DNA from: Octopus vulgaris
Taxonomy: Eukaryota
Assembly (NCBI GenBank): GCA_951406725.2
Contig: OX597819.1
Coordinates: 58,838,001 to 58,902,000 of the forward strand
Direction of reading: 5' to 3'
DNA length: 64,000 nucleotides
Each line of letters starts with the position of its first letter. Positions within the stretch are counted from its first letter, which is position 1. The position numbers were made by a program, and so were the translations under genes. The notes under the pieces were generated by a model, which worked only from the letters and a program-made list of their open reading frames with translations, made no database searches and was not told the origin of the DNA. Of the stretch, positions 1-13,679 are shown in pieces.

Positions 1-220
1 GACTGAAAACAATACCTCTGCCTTTGCTAAGGTGGAGGTAATTGTGTATTACAATTACTAGTGTGAATATCTGGATTGGGTGGAATTTAAAATGAAGTCA
101 GTTCCAGAGAAGTAAGAATTGGATGTGGGATTTATAGGGAAATAGTGAGAACGGGAGGAGGTCATCAGTCACGGTTGATCATTTTTCTGCATGTTTACGC
201 AGGCCTGAGCAAAGAGGTTT

Positions 221-223
221 TGT

Positions 224-271
<48 letters not shown>

Positions 272-347
272 AATATTGACGCTTTCCTGTGCATGAATGC
301 CGTCTCTCTCTCCCTCTCTCTTTTTCTCCTTTTTCTCACTCTCTCTC

Positions 348-411
<64 letters not shown>
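221..411. repeat. (TG)n and (CT)n microsatellites
   Basis: Dinucleotide runs visible directly; they explain the ORFs at 169-509. Confidence 0.95.
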
Positions 412-413
<2 letters not shown>

Positions 414-938
414 CGCCAACAATATTATCCGAAAGAAAGTCACCGCACCGCTTTAGGGCCGATACAGTTTGGCACCAGTGTCGTCTCAAACGTTGCTGTT
501 AGAAGGTAAAAGAGTCCGAATAGATGCTGTAAGACATCTTGTCTGACCTAATAGTTCAGTTAACATGCCGTCCTGGATTGATGCTTGTAAGAATATAAGG
601 GCACACAGGAGGGGAGGAAGAACCAAAGGCAGAACATTAACGTCTACTGTAAAAGAGTTAGCATAGCGTAAATCAGGTCAGTTTAATTAATTCAATGTGT
701 GGATTGTGGATATCAGAGATAGAGAAGGCCATCGCGAAAAGATTATGAAATGCTGAATAAAGAGATGAAGAAAGTAAAAATAGTCCTGCTCCCTTAAGAA
801 ATTATATTCATAGATTTTCTTTACATCGCATATAACATTCTGTAATTATTTCTAGTCGGAAAATTTAATTTTTTTTTTCTAAGTGTGGTGGATATATTCA
901 TCGGCTATTAACGCACAGTTGCTAAAAAGATAAATGCA

Positions 939-997
<59 letters not shown>

Positions 998-1072
998 AAC
1001 GCACACATGAAAGAAAAAGATAGAGAGAGGCAGAGACAGAGACACACATCAGATAGATAGATAGATAGCTAC

Positions 1073-1148
<76 letters not shown>
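939..1148. repeat. (CA)n and (GATA)n microsatellites
   Basis: Visible directly. Confidence 0.95.
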
Positions 1149-1149
<1 letters not shown>

Positions 1150-3229
1150 ATGGATTCTTGGACGAACCGATGGGTGGAATGAAATAAATTTTTTAATATT
1201 TTTTTTCTTTTTTAAATTCTATTTATTTATTTATTTGAATAGAATTTGAGAGAAGGAAGGAAACGAACGGGAAAATATATATCCAAAGACATAATTGTAT
1301 ATTTCGAATCAGACATTCTTTTTTTTTATTATTATTTTGATTTTAAATGTTCTTATGGTCTCCATTCCAAACCCCACCCACGCTGTCTTTACGGAGATGA
1401 CAAAAAGAAAAAGAAACAAAGAAAGAAAGAAAGAAAAACAAGGCTATGCAGAACGGAAATTCTATAGAAACCATTAAGCAGTGAAAAGCAAAATATCAAG
1501 TACGCGGGAGTAAGTGAGTTGAACAGAACAGCCGCAACTCGCTTAGTTTGTACTGGTGAATAAAAATTTTTTTTGCTGTTCTGGATTTCCTAGTGCAGAT
1601 CTTAATGGCGGCTCCCCATGTTGGAGATTAAGATACACATCTGGTTCAAATTTTAGCAACAAAAGCAACATCAGCAACAGAAACAAGATTAACAACAACA
1701 ATAATAACAACAACAACAAGTAGAAGAAAGAGAAATATCCCACGGGACAGGGGCGGGCCTTATTCTAGATTGTCATACTTTTGCCTCTGACGCCACCATC
1801 TTGGTTACAACTGTCCTTCTAGGCTACGCATATCGTTTGACAGGTTGGGAAGCGGGGTGGAATACAGACTTTAGGAAGAGTGGCGGGGTAGACTGGAATG
1901 GAATGATGTGGTGGGTAGAATGGGGTAGAGTGGAGTGGGGTGGATACCGGAGACGGGTGGGTGCTTTATTTGAGAAATTGGTGGTCGTGGTGGCGGCGAC
2001 GAGGGAATGGAGTAGGGTGGATGGAGTTGGAGGAGTCTTTACTGTCTGTGTGCATATGTGCAAGATTTGTAGTCTGCCGATGTGTGTGAAATCGTCTGCC
2101 GGTGTGTTTGAGTGTATGAATACTTGTGTATGTATGTATATATGTATGTATGTATGTATGTGTGATACTTGTATGTCTGTCTCCACACATGTTTGCTTAT
2201 TTATGCAACTTTTAAAATTGTATGTGTGTGCATTATTGTATTCTTAAAAAGTTTCAGTCATTTTGCAGTGACCATTCTGGGGTACAGTGTTAAACGAAAG
2301 AAAGGAAGATATATGTGTCATTGACTGTATGTGACTGTATGTGCTGGTTGTGTGTGTGTGTACGTTGTGTGTGGGGGGTATGTATGTGCGTCTATATGTG
2401 TAAGTGTTCGTGAATATATGTATATGTGTTTATGATGTTAGGGACTGTAAATGTAGGAAGGAATGAAAATAAGAGTTAAAAATGAATTACAAAATATGAG
2501 ACAAGTGGAACAGTGGAGAGAGACAGACAGACAGACAGACAGAGGGAGAGAGACAGAGACAGAGACAGATAGACGAATAGACGGACAGACGGACGGGCAG
2601 CCTAACGATCAGACGGGTGGACGGACCGGAGGATAACACGAGAGAAGAAAAAGGGAGAAAAGAATAAAGTACAGGATAAGAAAGGGGAGCAATAAGGAGA
2701 AAAAAGGAGCAGTAAGCAAATTGGTTGTAAAGAAAGAAAGAAAGAATGAATGAAAATACATAGATCCAAAGAGTGAGAAAGAAGAGAGAAATTAAAGAAC
2801 GAAGAGAGAGGGGAGAGTGAGAGAGAAATATAAAGGGTGACAGAAAAAGTAGGCCGTATCGAGGGACGGTGTTTATTGAGAACAAGGATGTTGGCGAAAA
2901 TAAGAGAGAGCGAAAAAAAACGGGTGGGCAAAACAGTGATAAATGAAAGGAAGGCCGTTGGAAAGAGAGAAAATGAAGAAGATAGAGAGAAGATAATGTA
3001 GAAGGAAGGATAGAGATGTATAGAAAGCAGGAGACAAATGGAAAGGGAGAGTGATATCTTGAAAGGGAAAGACGACCATTACGATGAGTAACTGGTAGAA
3101 GAGAGAGAATATGAATGAAAAAAAAAAAGAACTCGGAGAATTGTAGAGGAAAGAAACAGAGAAAAGAGAAAGAAAAAGAAAAAATAAGAGTTTTACAGAA
3201 AGAAGGGAGTGGGCGTTGTAGTGAGAGTG

Positions 3230-3895
3230 AGCACTGTAGAGAAAGTGTGAGAGTTGTAGAAAAGGAGTTGTAGCGAAAGGTCTAGAGTTGTATAAAAAAC
3301 GGTGGAAGTTGAAGAGAAAAGCAAAAGCTATGGAAGGAAGATATTTGTAGAGAAAGGCAAAAATTGTAGAGAAAAAGTGAGATTTGTATAGAAAGACCAT
3401 TGTAGAGAAAGGCAAACGTTGTAGAGAAAGATACTTGTAGAGAAAAGCAAAAGTTGTAGAGAAAGAGTGAGATTTGTAGAAAAAGACCATTGTAGAGAAA
3501 GATACTTGTAGAGAAAAGCAAAATTTGTAGAGAAAGATGGTTGTAGGGAAAGGCAAGCGTTGTGGAGAAAGATACTTGTAGAGAAAGAGTAAGATTTGTA
3601 GAAAAAGACCATTGTAGAGAAAGGCAAACGTTGTAGAGAAAGATACTTGTAGAGAAAAGCAAAAGTTGTAGAGAAAGATACTTGTAGGGAAAGGCAAGCG
3701 TTGTGGAGAAAGATACTTGTAGAGAAAGAGTAAGATTTGTTGAAAAAGACCATTGTAGAGAAAGGCAAACGTTGTAGAGAAAGGCAAACGTTGTAGAGGA
3801 AGGCAAGTGTTGTAGAGAAAGGCAAACGTTGTAGAGGAAGGCAAGCGTTGTAGAGAAAGGCATACGTTGTAGAGAAAGACACTTGTAGAGATAGA
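3230..3895. repeat. Purine-rich minisatellite, core TTGTAGAGAAA(G), units ~17-21 bp
   Basis: About 30 copies of the core alternate with short variable linkers (GGCAAACG, GATAC, GACCA, GAGTAAGAT). Confidence 0.9.
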
Positions 3896-4284
3896 GTGGA
3901 AGTTATAGGGGAAGTGTTGGAATCCTAGGGTAAGTGTGAGAGTTGTGGAAAAAGGAGATGGTAATAGAAAAAGGAAGAGAAGAAGAGGGAGTGGGAGTTG
4001 TAGAGAAAGATTTATGGAAGAGAACGAGGTGAGAAAGCATAAGAATGATAGAAAGAAATAGAGGAGTTGGGGTGGAGCAAAGAACTGAGTGGAAAAAGAT
4101 ATTGAGAGAAAGAAAATGAGAGAGAGAGAGCGTAGAGCACTGAAGAAGAAAGAGAAATAAGAGGAAAATAAGATAGTAGTGAAGTGAAAAGGAGAAAAAA
4201 ATGAAGGTAAATAGTATAGTAAAAATAGTAGTGTTCTAGTTGGTATTATAGTTATTGTTTAACCGCCTGTCGTTGGTAATTGAA

Positions 4285-4957
4285 CCTGCTGCTGCTGCTG
4301 CTGATGCTGATGATGATGATGATGATGATGATGACGACGACGACGTTGGTGATGATGGTGGTGGTTGTGAAGGCGGTGATGATGATGATTTCGGCGGTGG
4401 CGACGACGACCACGACGACAGCGACGACAATGAAGTCAGTGACGATGATGATGGTGGTGGCAGTGGTGTTGGTGATGATTGCGATAATTAGCATGATGAC
4501 GACGATGACCACAACGACGACCATTACGATGAGGAAAAAGGGCAGAAGGAGGGGGAGGGGAGGAAGGGGAAAATATGATCAAAAGCGATTTACTGAGAGA
4601 GAAAACAGGGGTGAAGGGGTTTATATTAGTCGAGGGTGATTGTAAGAAATAGCAGATCATAGTAACACATGCACCACAGTCATCCGGGTAAGGGGTGACT
4701 TGACAACTATTTATAGCAGGTCGAGCAACCACATAGATATTCCCTGTTGGCTGCGAATGATGATGAAGATGATGATGATGATAATGATAATAATAATGGT
4801 GGTAGTGATGGTGGTGGTGGAGAGGAGGAGGGTGAAGGGGTTTATATTAGTCGAGGGTGATTGTAACAAATAGCAGATCATAGTAACACATGCACCACAG
4901 TCATGGTAATCTTTGCTGCTGTTGTCTGATACTGATGCTGCGATGATGATGAGATGA

Positions 4958-4995
<38 letters not shown>

Positions 4996-5066
4996 ATGGT
5001 AGTGGTGGAGAGGAGGAGGAGGAGTGAAGATGCCGATGATGATGATGATGATGACGACGTTGTCGA

Positions 5067-5099
<33 letters not shown>

Positions 5100-5232
5100 C
5101 GGCGGCGGCGGCGGGTGGTGGTGGTGGTGGTGGTGGTGGTGGTGGTGGTGGTGGTGGTGGTGGTGGTGGTGGTGGTTGGTTGGTTGGTTAGTCGGTTGGT
5201 TGGTTAGTCGGTTGGTTGGTTAGTCGGTTGGT
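4285..5232. repeat. Trinucleotide low-complexity tract (GAT/GAC/GGT/GCT)
   Basis: Visible directly. Confidence 0.9.
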
Positions 5233-5462
5233 AGTTGCAACACTGATTTCTAATTTTTAACTCAAAACGCACTTAACTTACCAGCCCTGCATAGGTCAAG
5301 AATAAATTCTACCCCTGTAGGACTGGGAATTCATAATATACAGAGAATAAATAAATACGTTGAAAAGCATTTTAGTCCGGTGCTTTAGTGATTCTTGTTG
5401 AGAGATTTGGGGAATTGTTGAGCAAAAAGAAAAAGATTTGAGTACAAAATCGGACATGACAT

Positions 5463-6726
5463 AATGTGACATTCAACCTCATTATCAGCAGAGCAACCTA
5501 CAACACTGCACCCTTTTCCCACCCAACGTGAGAGTCAACATTATCATCTAGATAACATTTCACAACGATCTACCCCTTCCCTACCCAATGTGACATTCAA
5601 CCTCATTATCAGCAGAGCAACCTTTTCCCACCCAACTGAGAGTCAACATTATCATCTAGACAGCATGTCACAACGATCTACCCCTTCCCTACCCAATGTG
5701 ACATTCAACCTCATTATCAGCAGAGCAACCTACAACACTGCACTCTTTTCCCACCCAACGTGAGAGTCAACATTATCATCTATATAGCATCTCACAACGA
5801 TCCACCCCTTCCCTACCCAATGTGACATTCAACCTCATTATCAGCAGAGCAACCTACAACACTGCACCCAACGTGAGAGTCAACATTATCATCTAGATAG
5901 CATTTCACAACGATCTACCCCTTCCCTGCCCAATGTGACATTCAACCTCAACATGGCACTTCACAACATTGTACCCTTTCACCATCCAAAGCCAACCTTA
6001 TTGTCAGATAGCATTTCACAACGATATACCCCTTTCCTACCCAATGTGACATTCAACCTCATTATCAGCAGAGCAACCTACAACACTGCACCCTTTTCCC
6101 ACCCAACGTGAGAGTCAACATTATCATCTATATAGCATCTCACAACGATTTACCCCTTCCCTACCCAATGTGACATTCAACCTCATTATCAGCAGAGCAA
6201 TCTACAACACTGCACCCTTTTCCCACCCAACTGAGAGTCAACATTATCATCTAGACAGCATGTCACAACGATATACCCCTTTCCTACCCAATGTGACATC
6301 CAACCTCATTATCAGCAGAGCAACCTACAACACTGCACTCTTTTCCTACCCAACGTGAGAGTCAACATTATCATCTAGATAGCATTTCACAACGATATAC
6401 CCCTTTCCTACCCAATGTGACATTCAACCTCATTATCAGCAGAGCAACCTACAACACTGCACTCTTTTCCCACCCAACGTGAGAGTCAACATTATCATCT
6501 ATATAGCATCTCACAACGATCCACCCCTTCCCTACCCAATGTAACATTCAACCTCATTATCAGTAGAGCAACCTACAACACTGCACCCAACGTGAGAGTC
6601 AACATTATCATCTAGATAGCATTTCACAACGATCTACCCCTTCCCCGCCCAATGTGACATTCAACCTCAACATGGCACTTCACAACATTGTACCCTTTCA
6701 CCATCCAAAGCCAACCTTATTGTCAG
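5463..6726. repeat. Tandem satellite, 124-bp unit made of two related 62-bp monomers
   Basis: AATGTGACATTCAACCTCATTATCAGCAGAGC... alternates with AACGTGAGAGTCAACATTATCATCTAGATAGC...; about 10 units. Confidence 0.95.
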
Positions 6727-6739
6727 GGTAACATCTCGC

Positions 6740-6940
6740 GAGGGCAAAATGTTTAGCGGCATTTCGTCCGTCTTTAAGTTCTGAGTTCGAATTCCGCCGA
6801 GGTCGACTTTGCCTTTCATCCTTTCGGAGGTCGATGAAATAAACACCAGTCGAACACTGCACTGGGGTCAATGTAACCGACTTAAAACCCCCAACCCCAC
6901 CACCCTAAATTGCTGGCCTTGTTCCAAAATTGGAAACAAC
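6740..6940 (+). mobile_element. tRNA-derived SINE, family A
   Basis: B-box GAGTTCGAATTCC followed by the conserved body GCCGAGGTCGACTTTGCCTTTCATCCTTTCGG, which recurs more than 15 times in the window. Confidence 0.85.
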
Positions 6941-7239
6941 ATTGTATCCCTTCGCTATTGTCAGCAAATATACAATCAATATCACTGTTGAGATAACCCA
7001 CCCTCCACATCATCATTATCATCATCATTACCATCACAACACTATACCCTTTTCGCCGTCAATCGTGACACCCTAAATTTTTACCAGGGTAGCACAATAC
7101 AACACTGCACCCTTCACTCTTATTTTTCACTGACCAGTCCAATCCTTAAGGCAGACTTTGGTTTTTCTCTCTCGTTCCTTTTAACGTTGCTTCATAACAG
7201 CTACAAAGGTACGGAGACATTGGTAATCTTCAGTTGCCA

Positions 7240-7447
7240 TAACAACCATCACAACCATAATCATAATGAAAATCATCATCATCATCACAACTACCACCGC
7301 CACCATATTCATCACGATCGCATTGAGCGTCACCACCGCCGCCATCAATTTTGCAGCCACCACAACCATCACCATAACAACCATCAGTTGAATCATCATC
7401 ATCGTCGTCTTATCATCATCATCATCATCATCATCATCGTTGTCGTT

Positions 7448-7478
<31 letters not shown>

Positions 7479-7519
7479 TCATCATCATCTTCATCGTCGT
7501 CATCATCATCATCACCCTC

Positions 7520-7561
<42 letters not shown>

Positions 7562-7820
7562 GTCGTCGTCGTCGTTGTCATGCCTATACCATCACACCAG
7601 TACTTCTACCACCACCACCACCACCACCACCATCAATACCACCGTCACTCCGAGGACATCAATGTCATCAGTATCACCATCATCAGCATCAGCATCACAA
7701 TCATCATCATCATCACCACCACCATCGACACCAATTGCCCCGACCCTAACAACATTAACAGGTTAAAAATAAATAATAATAACAATAACAACATCAACAA
7801 CAACAACAACAGCAACAACA
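7240..7820. repeat. Trinucleotide low-complexity tract (CAT/CGT/CAC/AAC)
   Basis: Visible directly. Confidence 0.9.
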
Positions 7821-8411
7821 AAAGTATAAGCAGCAAGAACATCAGACTTTCAAAAGAAAAAAAAAAGGAGAAAAAAAAACAAGAGGTTAAAAAATAAAAG
7901 AAAAAAACAGATGTGGTTATTAAAGCGGAAAACTGCTGACACCAATAGAAACTGCTTTCTCAAGGAATGTAGTCTTTCTTTCGAAGCCGTTTTTCTCCGA
8001 TTTTTGACGACACGTGTCGGAAGAGATTTTGCTAAGTCAGCGGAATTTTGGCCAAGCTAGTTACAGATATCAGTTACCAAGTCTTAGACTGCTCGCCTTT
8101 TTGCTTATTACAACAGCGTCATATCAAATTCTAACAACTCCTTTCTTTGACCTGACTTTAAACTCGTTTTTTTTTTCTTTTTCGCCCCCTTTTCCTATTA
8201 CCAAACGTGTATCGTGTGTATGTGTATGTGAGCGTGTGTGTGTGTTTGGATTTATATATATGCATGTGCATGTACACATATGCACACATTTTACACATAC
8301 CCTCCACATACATATATTTATATACATATTTATATATACGCAAGGTTGTGTTTATATATGTAGTTGAAGATAATGTATTTCTGTATAGGTATGTGTGTGT
8401 GTATGTCTGTA

Positions 8412-8447
<36 letters not shown>

Positions 8448-8918
8448 TGTGTGTGCGCGTGCGTGCATCCGTGCGTATAAGTCTGTTTATGCGAACAAAA
8501 AAACGAAGTCCCACTAAAAACAATACTGAGAAGTGTGTGTGTTGGGAAAATACTGGTTCTCTGTGACATAATATCTCTAAAGAAATGGCAGGGAAGGAAT
8601 CTTAAGAATTCTTTTTAATATATAGTATCAGCATATTGCGTATCCTTGTGTTGAAAATGGTATTTCTTGGAATCTGTCGTTTTGCAGAATAATCGTACGA
8701 CTGGGTATATATGTTGCAGTCTACGTTTCATGACATAATTATATAACGGACGTACGTTATGAATTTCAAACGTCCTCTAGAATTTAGTGTAACATTGTAT
8801 AGAGAATACCGTTTATGTGTGTGTGTGAGTGTGTGTGTGTATGTGTGTGTGTGGGGTGTATAAACTTACTTGGAAATGGATGTGTTGCGTTCAATTAAAT
8901 AATAAATAATAAACAATA

Positions 8919-8959
<41 letters not shown>

Positions 8960-9299
8960 GGAGGGATGACTACTAAGTGGACATCCATTATGCTAGAAGT
9001 CGACCCTCTATAGTCTTACCACTAAGAAAGGAATGTTCTCAAGAAAATTTAGCTGAAAATACAAAGATACATATTGTCGAGAATCAAGTCTACAAAAGTA
9101 TCGTATTTTGGACATGCAATGCACCAGGAGTCCTTACCCGTGGCCATCCAAACGAGAAGTGTGGAGAAGAAGAGAGCAAAAGGCCGTCAAAGACGTTTGT
9201 AATTGATGATATCAAAGAATAGACGGGAAACAAGAGCCTGGCTGGATGCATGCATTCAACAGGAAAGTCATGGCAAGCCGACCCTGGACACAGTGAGGG

Positions 9300-9555
9300 C
9301 ATCTGGCACTCCATCGGTTTCGACGACAAGGGTTCCAGTTGATCCGATCAACGGAACAGCCGGCTCGCGTAGATGTAAAGGTTCAGCGTGACATACAATG
9401 TGACAAGGCTGGCCATTTGAATTGCAGGTATAACCCATTTTTGTCAGCTGAGTGGACTGGAGCAATGTGAAAGTGCTTTACTCAAGGACACAAATCGTCG
9501 CCGGGAATCGAACTCACGACCTTACGATCGTAGGCTGATTACCGTAGCCACTAAG
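9300..9555 (-). mobile_element. tRNA-derived SINE, family C2
   Basis: The minus strand has a tRNA-like head (...GGTCGTGAGTTCGATTCCCGG). The body matches 63757-64000 and the tail is shared with 11361-11743. Confidence 0.8.
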
Positions 9556-10027
9556 GTTTGGTAGCCTTTTGTCCAAAATACAATATTTTTGTAAACTTGA
9601 TTCCCGGCAATATGACTCTTTGTAATTTCAGCTTTTCTAATATTCCACCATTTGTTAACCTATTTTTCTTGCTTATCCTGCCCACGATGATATATTTATA
9701 TTCAATAATACAAGAAATGGAGAGCAAGAATGAGTAAGGAGTAAGAATCGAACCCAAGTCTTCTAATTGATACCTGGCTGCATTACTTGTACTCCTACTG
9801 CAGCTAATTCAAATAAAGTGCTAAAAAAATCCACTTAAAACTACTCAAGTAGCTAATTCTTTTAATCTTTATGTCGTAACGTTTCTTTTGCTGAGAGATA
9901 TTATTTACAAAGAATTTTATGAATATATATGCAGTTTCTTTTTGCTTTTACAACTCATAAGAAAAGTTTGTTGCACTTTTAGTTGAACTTGTATAAAAAT
10001 TTAATTAAATTCCTTTAATTGTACACT

Positions 10028-10416
10028 GGAGTGGCTGTGTGGTATGTAGCTTGCTTACCAGCCACATGGTTCCGCGTTCAGTCCCACTGCGTGGCACCTT
10101 GGACAGCTGTCTTCTGCTATAGCCTCGAGCCGACCAAGCCTTGTGAATGAATTTGGTAGATGGAAACTAAAAGAAGCCCGTCGTATATATGTGTGTGTGT
10201 GTGTGTGTTTGCCCCCACCACCACCATCGCTTGATAATCGATGTTGGTGTGTTTACGTCCCCGTAACTAAGCAGTTCGGCAAAACTGACCGATAGAATAA
10301 GTACTAGGCTTACAAAAAATAAATCTTGGGGTCGATTTGTTCGACTAAAGGCGGTGCTCCAGCATGGCCGCAGTCAAATTACTGAAACAGGTAAAAGAAT
10401 AAAAGAATAAAAGAAT
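10028..10416 (+). mobile_element. tRNA-derived SINE, family B, near full length with internal (TG)n
   Basis: A-box TGGCTGTGTGG, B-box-like GTTCAGTCCC, ACCTTGGACAGCTGTCTT core, and 3' end GCTCCAGCATGGCCGCAGTCAAAT..CTGAAAC with a (TAAAAGAA)n tail. Copies at 29787, 34975, 41108 and 53737. Confidence 0.85.
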
Positions 10417-10465
10417 ATACATTATACACATAGACACTTACACAACGCACAAACACAGACACATG

Positions 10466-10538
<73 letters not shown>

Positions 10539-10561
10539 CGTGTGTGTGTGTGTGTGTGTGT

Positions 10562-10598
<37 letters not shown>

Positions 10599-10984
10599 TG
10601 TGTGTGTGTCTGTATGTGTGTGTGTGTGAGCGTGTGTGTGTGTGTGTGTACATGTGTGTGTTTGTGTGTAGGTGTGTCCATAGCCGTCACTTGCAAACGA
10701 GTATGATCTAGTAACTTATAACGCTTTCGCTAATTGTTTTAGGTACCCACATAGTCTCGAGCAGACACAGAAATCCTCTCAACCCTCTTATCCTTGACCC
10801 AGCGAAAACAAAGCACAAGCGCTGTGGCCGCTGCAGGAGAGAATCGGGCTGCACCAACAGTCGACAACAACTATTTTCTTCTGAATCGACTGAAGTAACG
10901 TAGAATGACTTGGACAGCAGTTCGAGGGTAAGAGTTTAGTCAACATCATCGACCCCCCGTATTTGAATGGAGACGGTGTAGTAG

Positions 10985-12195
10985 TTTCAAGGGAGGGGGC
11001 TAGTCGATTTAATCGACCCCAATGCTCAGTTGATACTTGTTTCTTCGATTTCAAAAGGAAGAAAGACAAAGTCGATACCGGCAGCATTTGAACCCAGAAT
11101 GTTAAGACGAACGAAATGCCGCTAAGCATTTTGGCCAGATCGTCGCCCCTCGGTGGTGTTGTAATAGCTTTTTCTACTCTAGGCGCAAGGCTCGAAATTT
11201 GTGGGGAAGAGGCCAGTCGATTAGATCGACCCCAGTACGCAACTGGTACTTAATTTATCGGCCCCGAAAGGATGAAACGTAAAGCCAACCGCGGCGGGAT
11301 TTGAACTCCGAACGTAAACACAGTCGAAATACCTATTTCTTTACTACCCACAAGGGTCCATGGAAGCACTCCGTCGGTTACGACGATGAGGGTTCCCGTT
11401 GATCCGAATCAACGGAACAGCCTGCTCGTGAAATTAACGTGTAAGTGGCTGAGCACTCCACAGACACGTGCACCCTTAACGTAGTTCTCAGGGTATTCAG
11501 CGTGACACAGAGAGTGACAAGGCCGGCCCCTTGAAATACACGTACAACAGAAACAGGAAGTAAGGGTGAAAGAAAGTTGTGGTGAAAGAGTACAGCAGGG
11601 ATCACCACTATCCCCTGCCGGAGCCTCGTGGAGCTTTTAGGTGTTTTCGCTCAATAAACACTCACTACGCCCGGTCTGGGAATCGACACCGCGATCCTAT
11701 GACCGCGAGTCCGCTGCCCTAACCACTGGGCCATTGCGCCTCCACCCACAAGGGTCCAAACACAGAGAGGACAAACAAGGACAGACAAACTGATTAAATC
11801 GATTATATCGACCCCAGTGCGTAACTGGTACTTATTTAATCGACCCCGAAAGAATGAGGGCAAAGTCGACCTCGGCAGAATTTGAACTCAGAATGTAACG
11901 GCAGAAGAAATACCTATTTCTTTACTACCCACAAGGGGCTAAACTCAGAGAGGACAAACAAGGACAGACAAACTGATTAAATCGATTATATCGACCCCAG
12001 TGCGTAACTGGTACTTATTTAATCGACCCCGAAAGGATGAAAGGCAAAGTCGACCTCGGCGGAATTTGAACTAACGGCAGTAGTAGCTAAACTCAGAGAG
12101 GACAAACAAGGACAGTAGATTAAATCGTAGTAAGTACTTATTTAATCGACCCGAAAGGATGAAAGGCAAAGTCGACCTCGGCGGAATTTGAACTC

Positions 12196-12197
<2 letters not shown>
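10985..12197 (-). mobile_element. Cluster/tandem multimer of family A SINEs
   Basis: CGACCCCGAAAGGATGAAAGGCAAAGTCGACCTCGGCGGAATTTGAACTC recurs about 5 times; the cluster is interrupted by the SINE at 11361-11743. Confidence 0.85.
11361..11743 (-). mobile_element. Full-length tRNA(Arg-like) SINE, family C1, with 15-bp TSD
   Basis: Head GGAGGCGCAATGGCCCAGTGGTTAGGGCAGCGGACTCGCGG...TCGATTCCC. TSD ACCCACAAGGGTCCA at 11346-11360 and 11744-11758. Confidence 0.92.
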
Positions 12198-12266
<69 letters not shown>

Positions 12267-12699
12267 CAGCAGCAGCAGCAGCGGTGGCATTAGCAGCAAT
12301 AGCAACAGTAGCAATAGTAGAACTGAAAAACTTAGCTTTACCTGAAATCCTGATATCGTCAAACTTAACTCACACAATACAAAAATATTTCAAGGCAAAA
12401 TATTTCTAAAAGAAACAAAAGGCTCGAGATGCAGTTCCTGTGATATGGAACTGTTCTCTCTCAGAAGATGCCATGGAAATTGCACTGGTTGTCTCATTAA
12501 CGTCAAACTACAATGGAATGCCTCGACCAAATATAGAAGGATTACAGAGCGATTTTGTTGAAAATTATACGGTAACAACACAGAACTTCATTCCGTCACA
12601 GCGAGAAAAGGACAGCTGTCTAAAAATAAGAAATAAATTAAAATAATATTAGCATTTTATTCTGAATTGAAGGCTTGAAGCTGACAGAATATTTAGAGC

Positions 12700-13082
12700 C
12701 TTTGAGAAAAAACGCAGTATTTGCTCCGGATCTTTATATTTTGAATCCAAATCCCAACGTTGTCTACTTCACCAATCTTCTTTTCTGGGGTCGATAAAAC
12801 TGGCAGTGATGGTATCGTTTAATTCCGTCCCTAAAAATTGCCCGTTTTTCTACTTGAATATAAAATATTGTTGAAGGTGACGAATTGGTGAAATCGGTAC
12901 AGTGTCAGAAAAAGTGTTTTGCGGTGTTTCTTCCGTTATTTTATGTTCTGAGTTCAAATCAACCTTAGATCAACTTCAACTTTCATCCTTCTGGGGTCGA
13001 TAAAATAACGTATTTGCATCGATGGAATCGACTAACCCCTGCCCTCAAGATTACTTGTCTTGTACCAATTCAAAAACCATTA
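12700..13082 (+). mobile_element. Two diverged family A SINE copies
   Basis: TTCTGAGTTCAAATC and TTTCATCCTTCTGGGGTCGATAAAA motifs. Confidence 0.6.
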
Positions 13083-13679
13083 TATGCTCAAGAAACGGAA
13101 ATAACATGTTGTTCGCTGACATTACCTGCAACTTTGCTCTCCGACGTCTAACTTTAAAATAGCAGTTATCTCACCTAGTCACTCCCACCACCGATATCCT
13201 TTCAATGAGCCAAAATCACTATCCTTTATTTTCAAGATGATACATAAATTTCTTTCATATTACTGAATAGAATGACTTTGGATGTTATATATTTTAGTTA
13301 ACTGTTGCCTTACATCAATCTTCTATTGTCTTGCAGAAGTTCCAGCTGGCCAGATTGATAAAGTGTTAGACTGATGGTCGGAGAATCAGCATTTTGTACC
13401 TCATCATCAGTACTACCCTGTCTCGGTAAACGAGATTAATCTTAGCTGTAAATAGTCAATGTAAAAGCACCATGCACCACCATGGGGAGCCAGATCAACA
13501 GCCAGCTGCCACCTGCGAATAAATGTGGCTTGGTAACATGCACCTAATTTCGCTAATTGTTTTAGGTTCTAATGTAGCCCTGAACACAGACAGGTATCCT
13601 CTCAGGCCTCCAGCCCTTTGAGCCAATAGAACATTGAGCATGTGATAGGGGGAGAAAGAGAGAGCTACATAAGCAATCA

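Noticed and set aside
5463-6726. CRISPR-like regular repeat
   Set aside because: The intervening segments are themselves repeated rather than unique spacers, there are no cas genes, and the context is eukaryotic.
11670-11743. tRNA genes (also at 23896, 47570 and 63757)
   Set aside because: A and B boxes are present, but acceptor stems are incomplete and each continues into a repeat body; these are SINE-type heads.
12464-12570. Possible internal exon (AG...GT, open frame)
   Set aside because: No recognisable protein similarity and no partner exons; compatible with chance.
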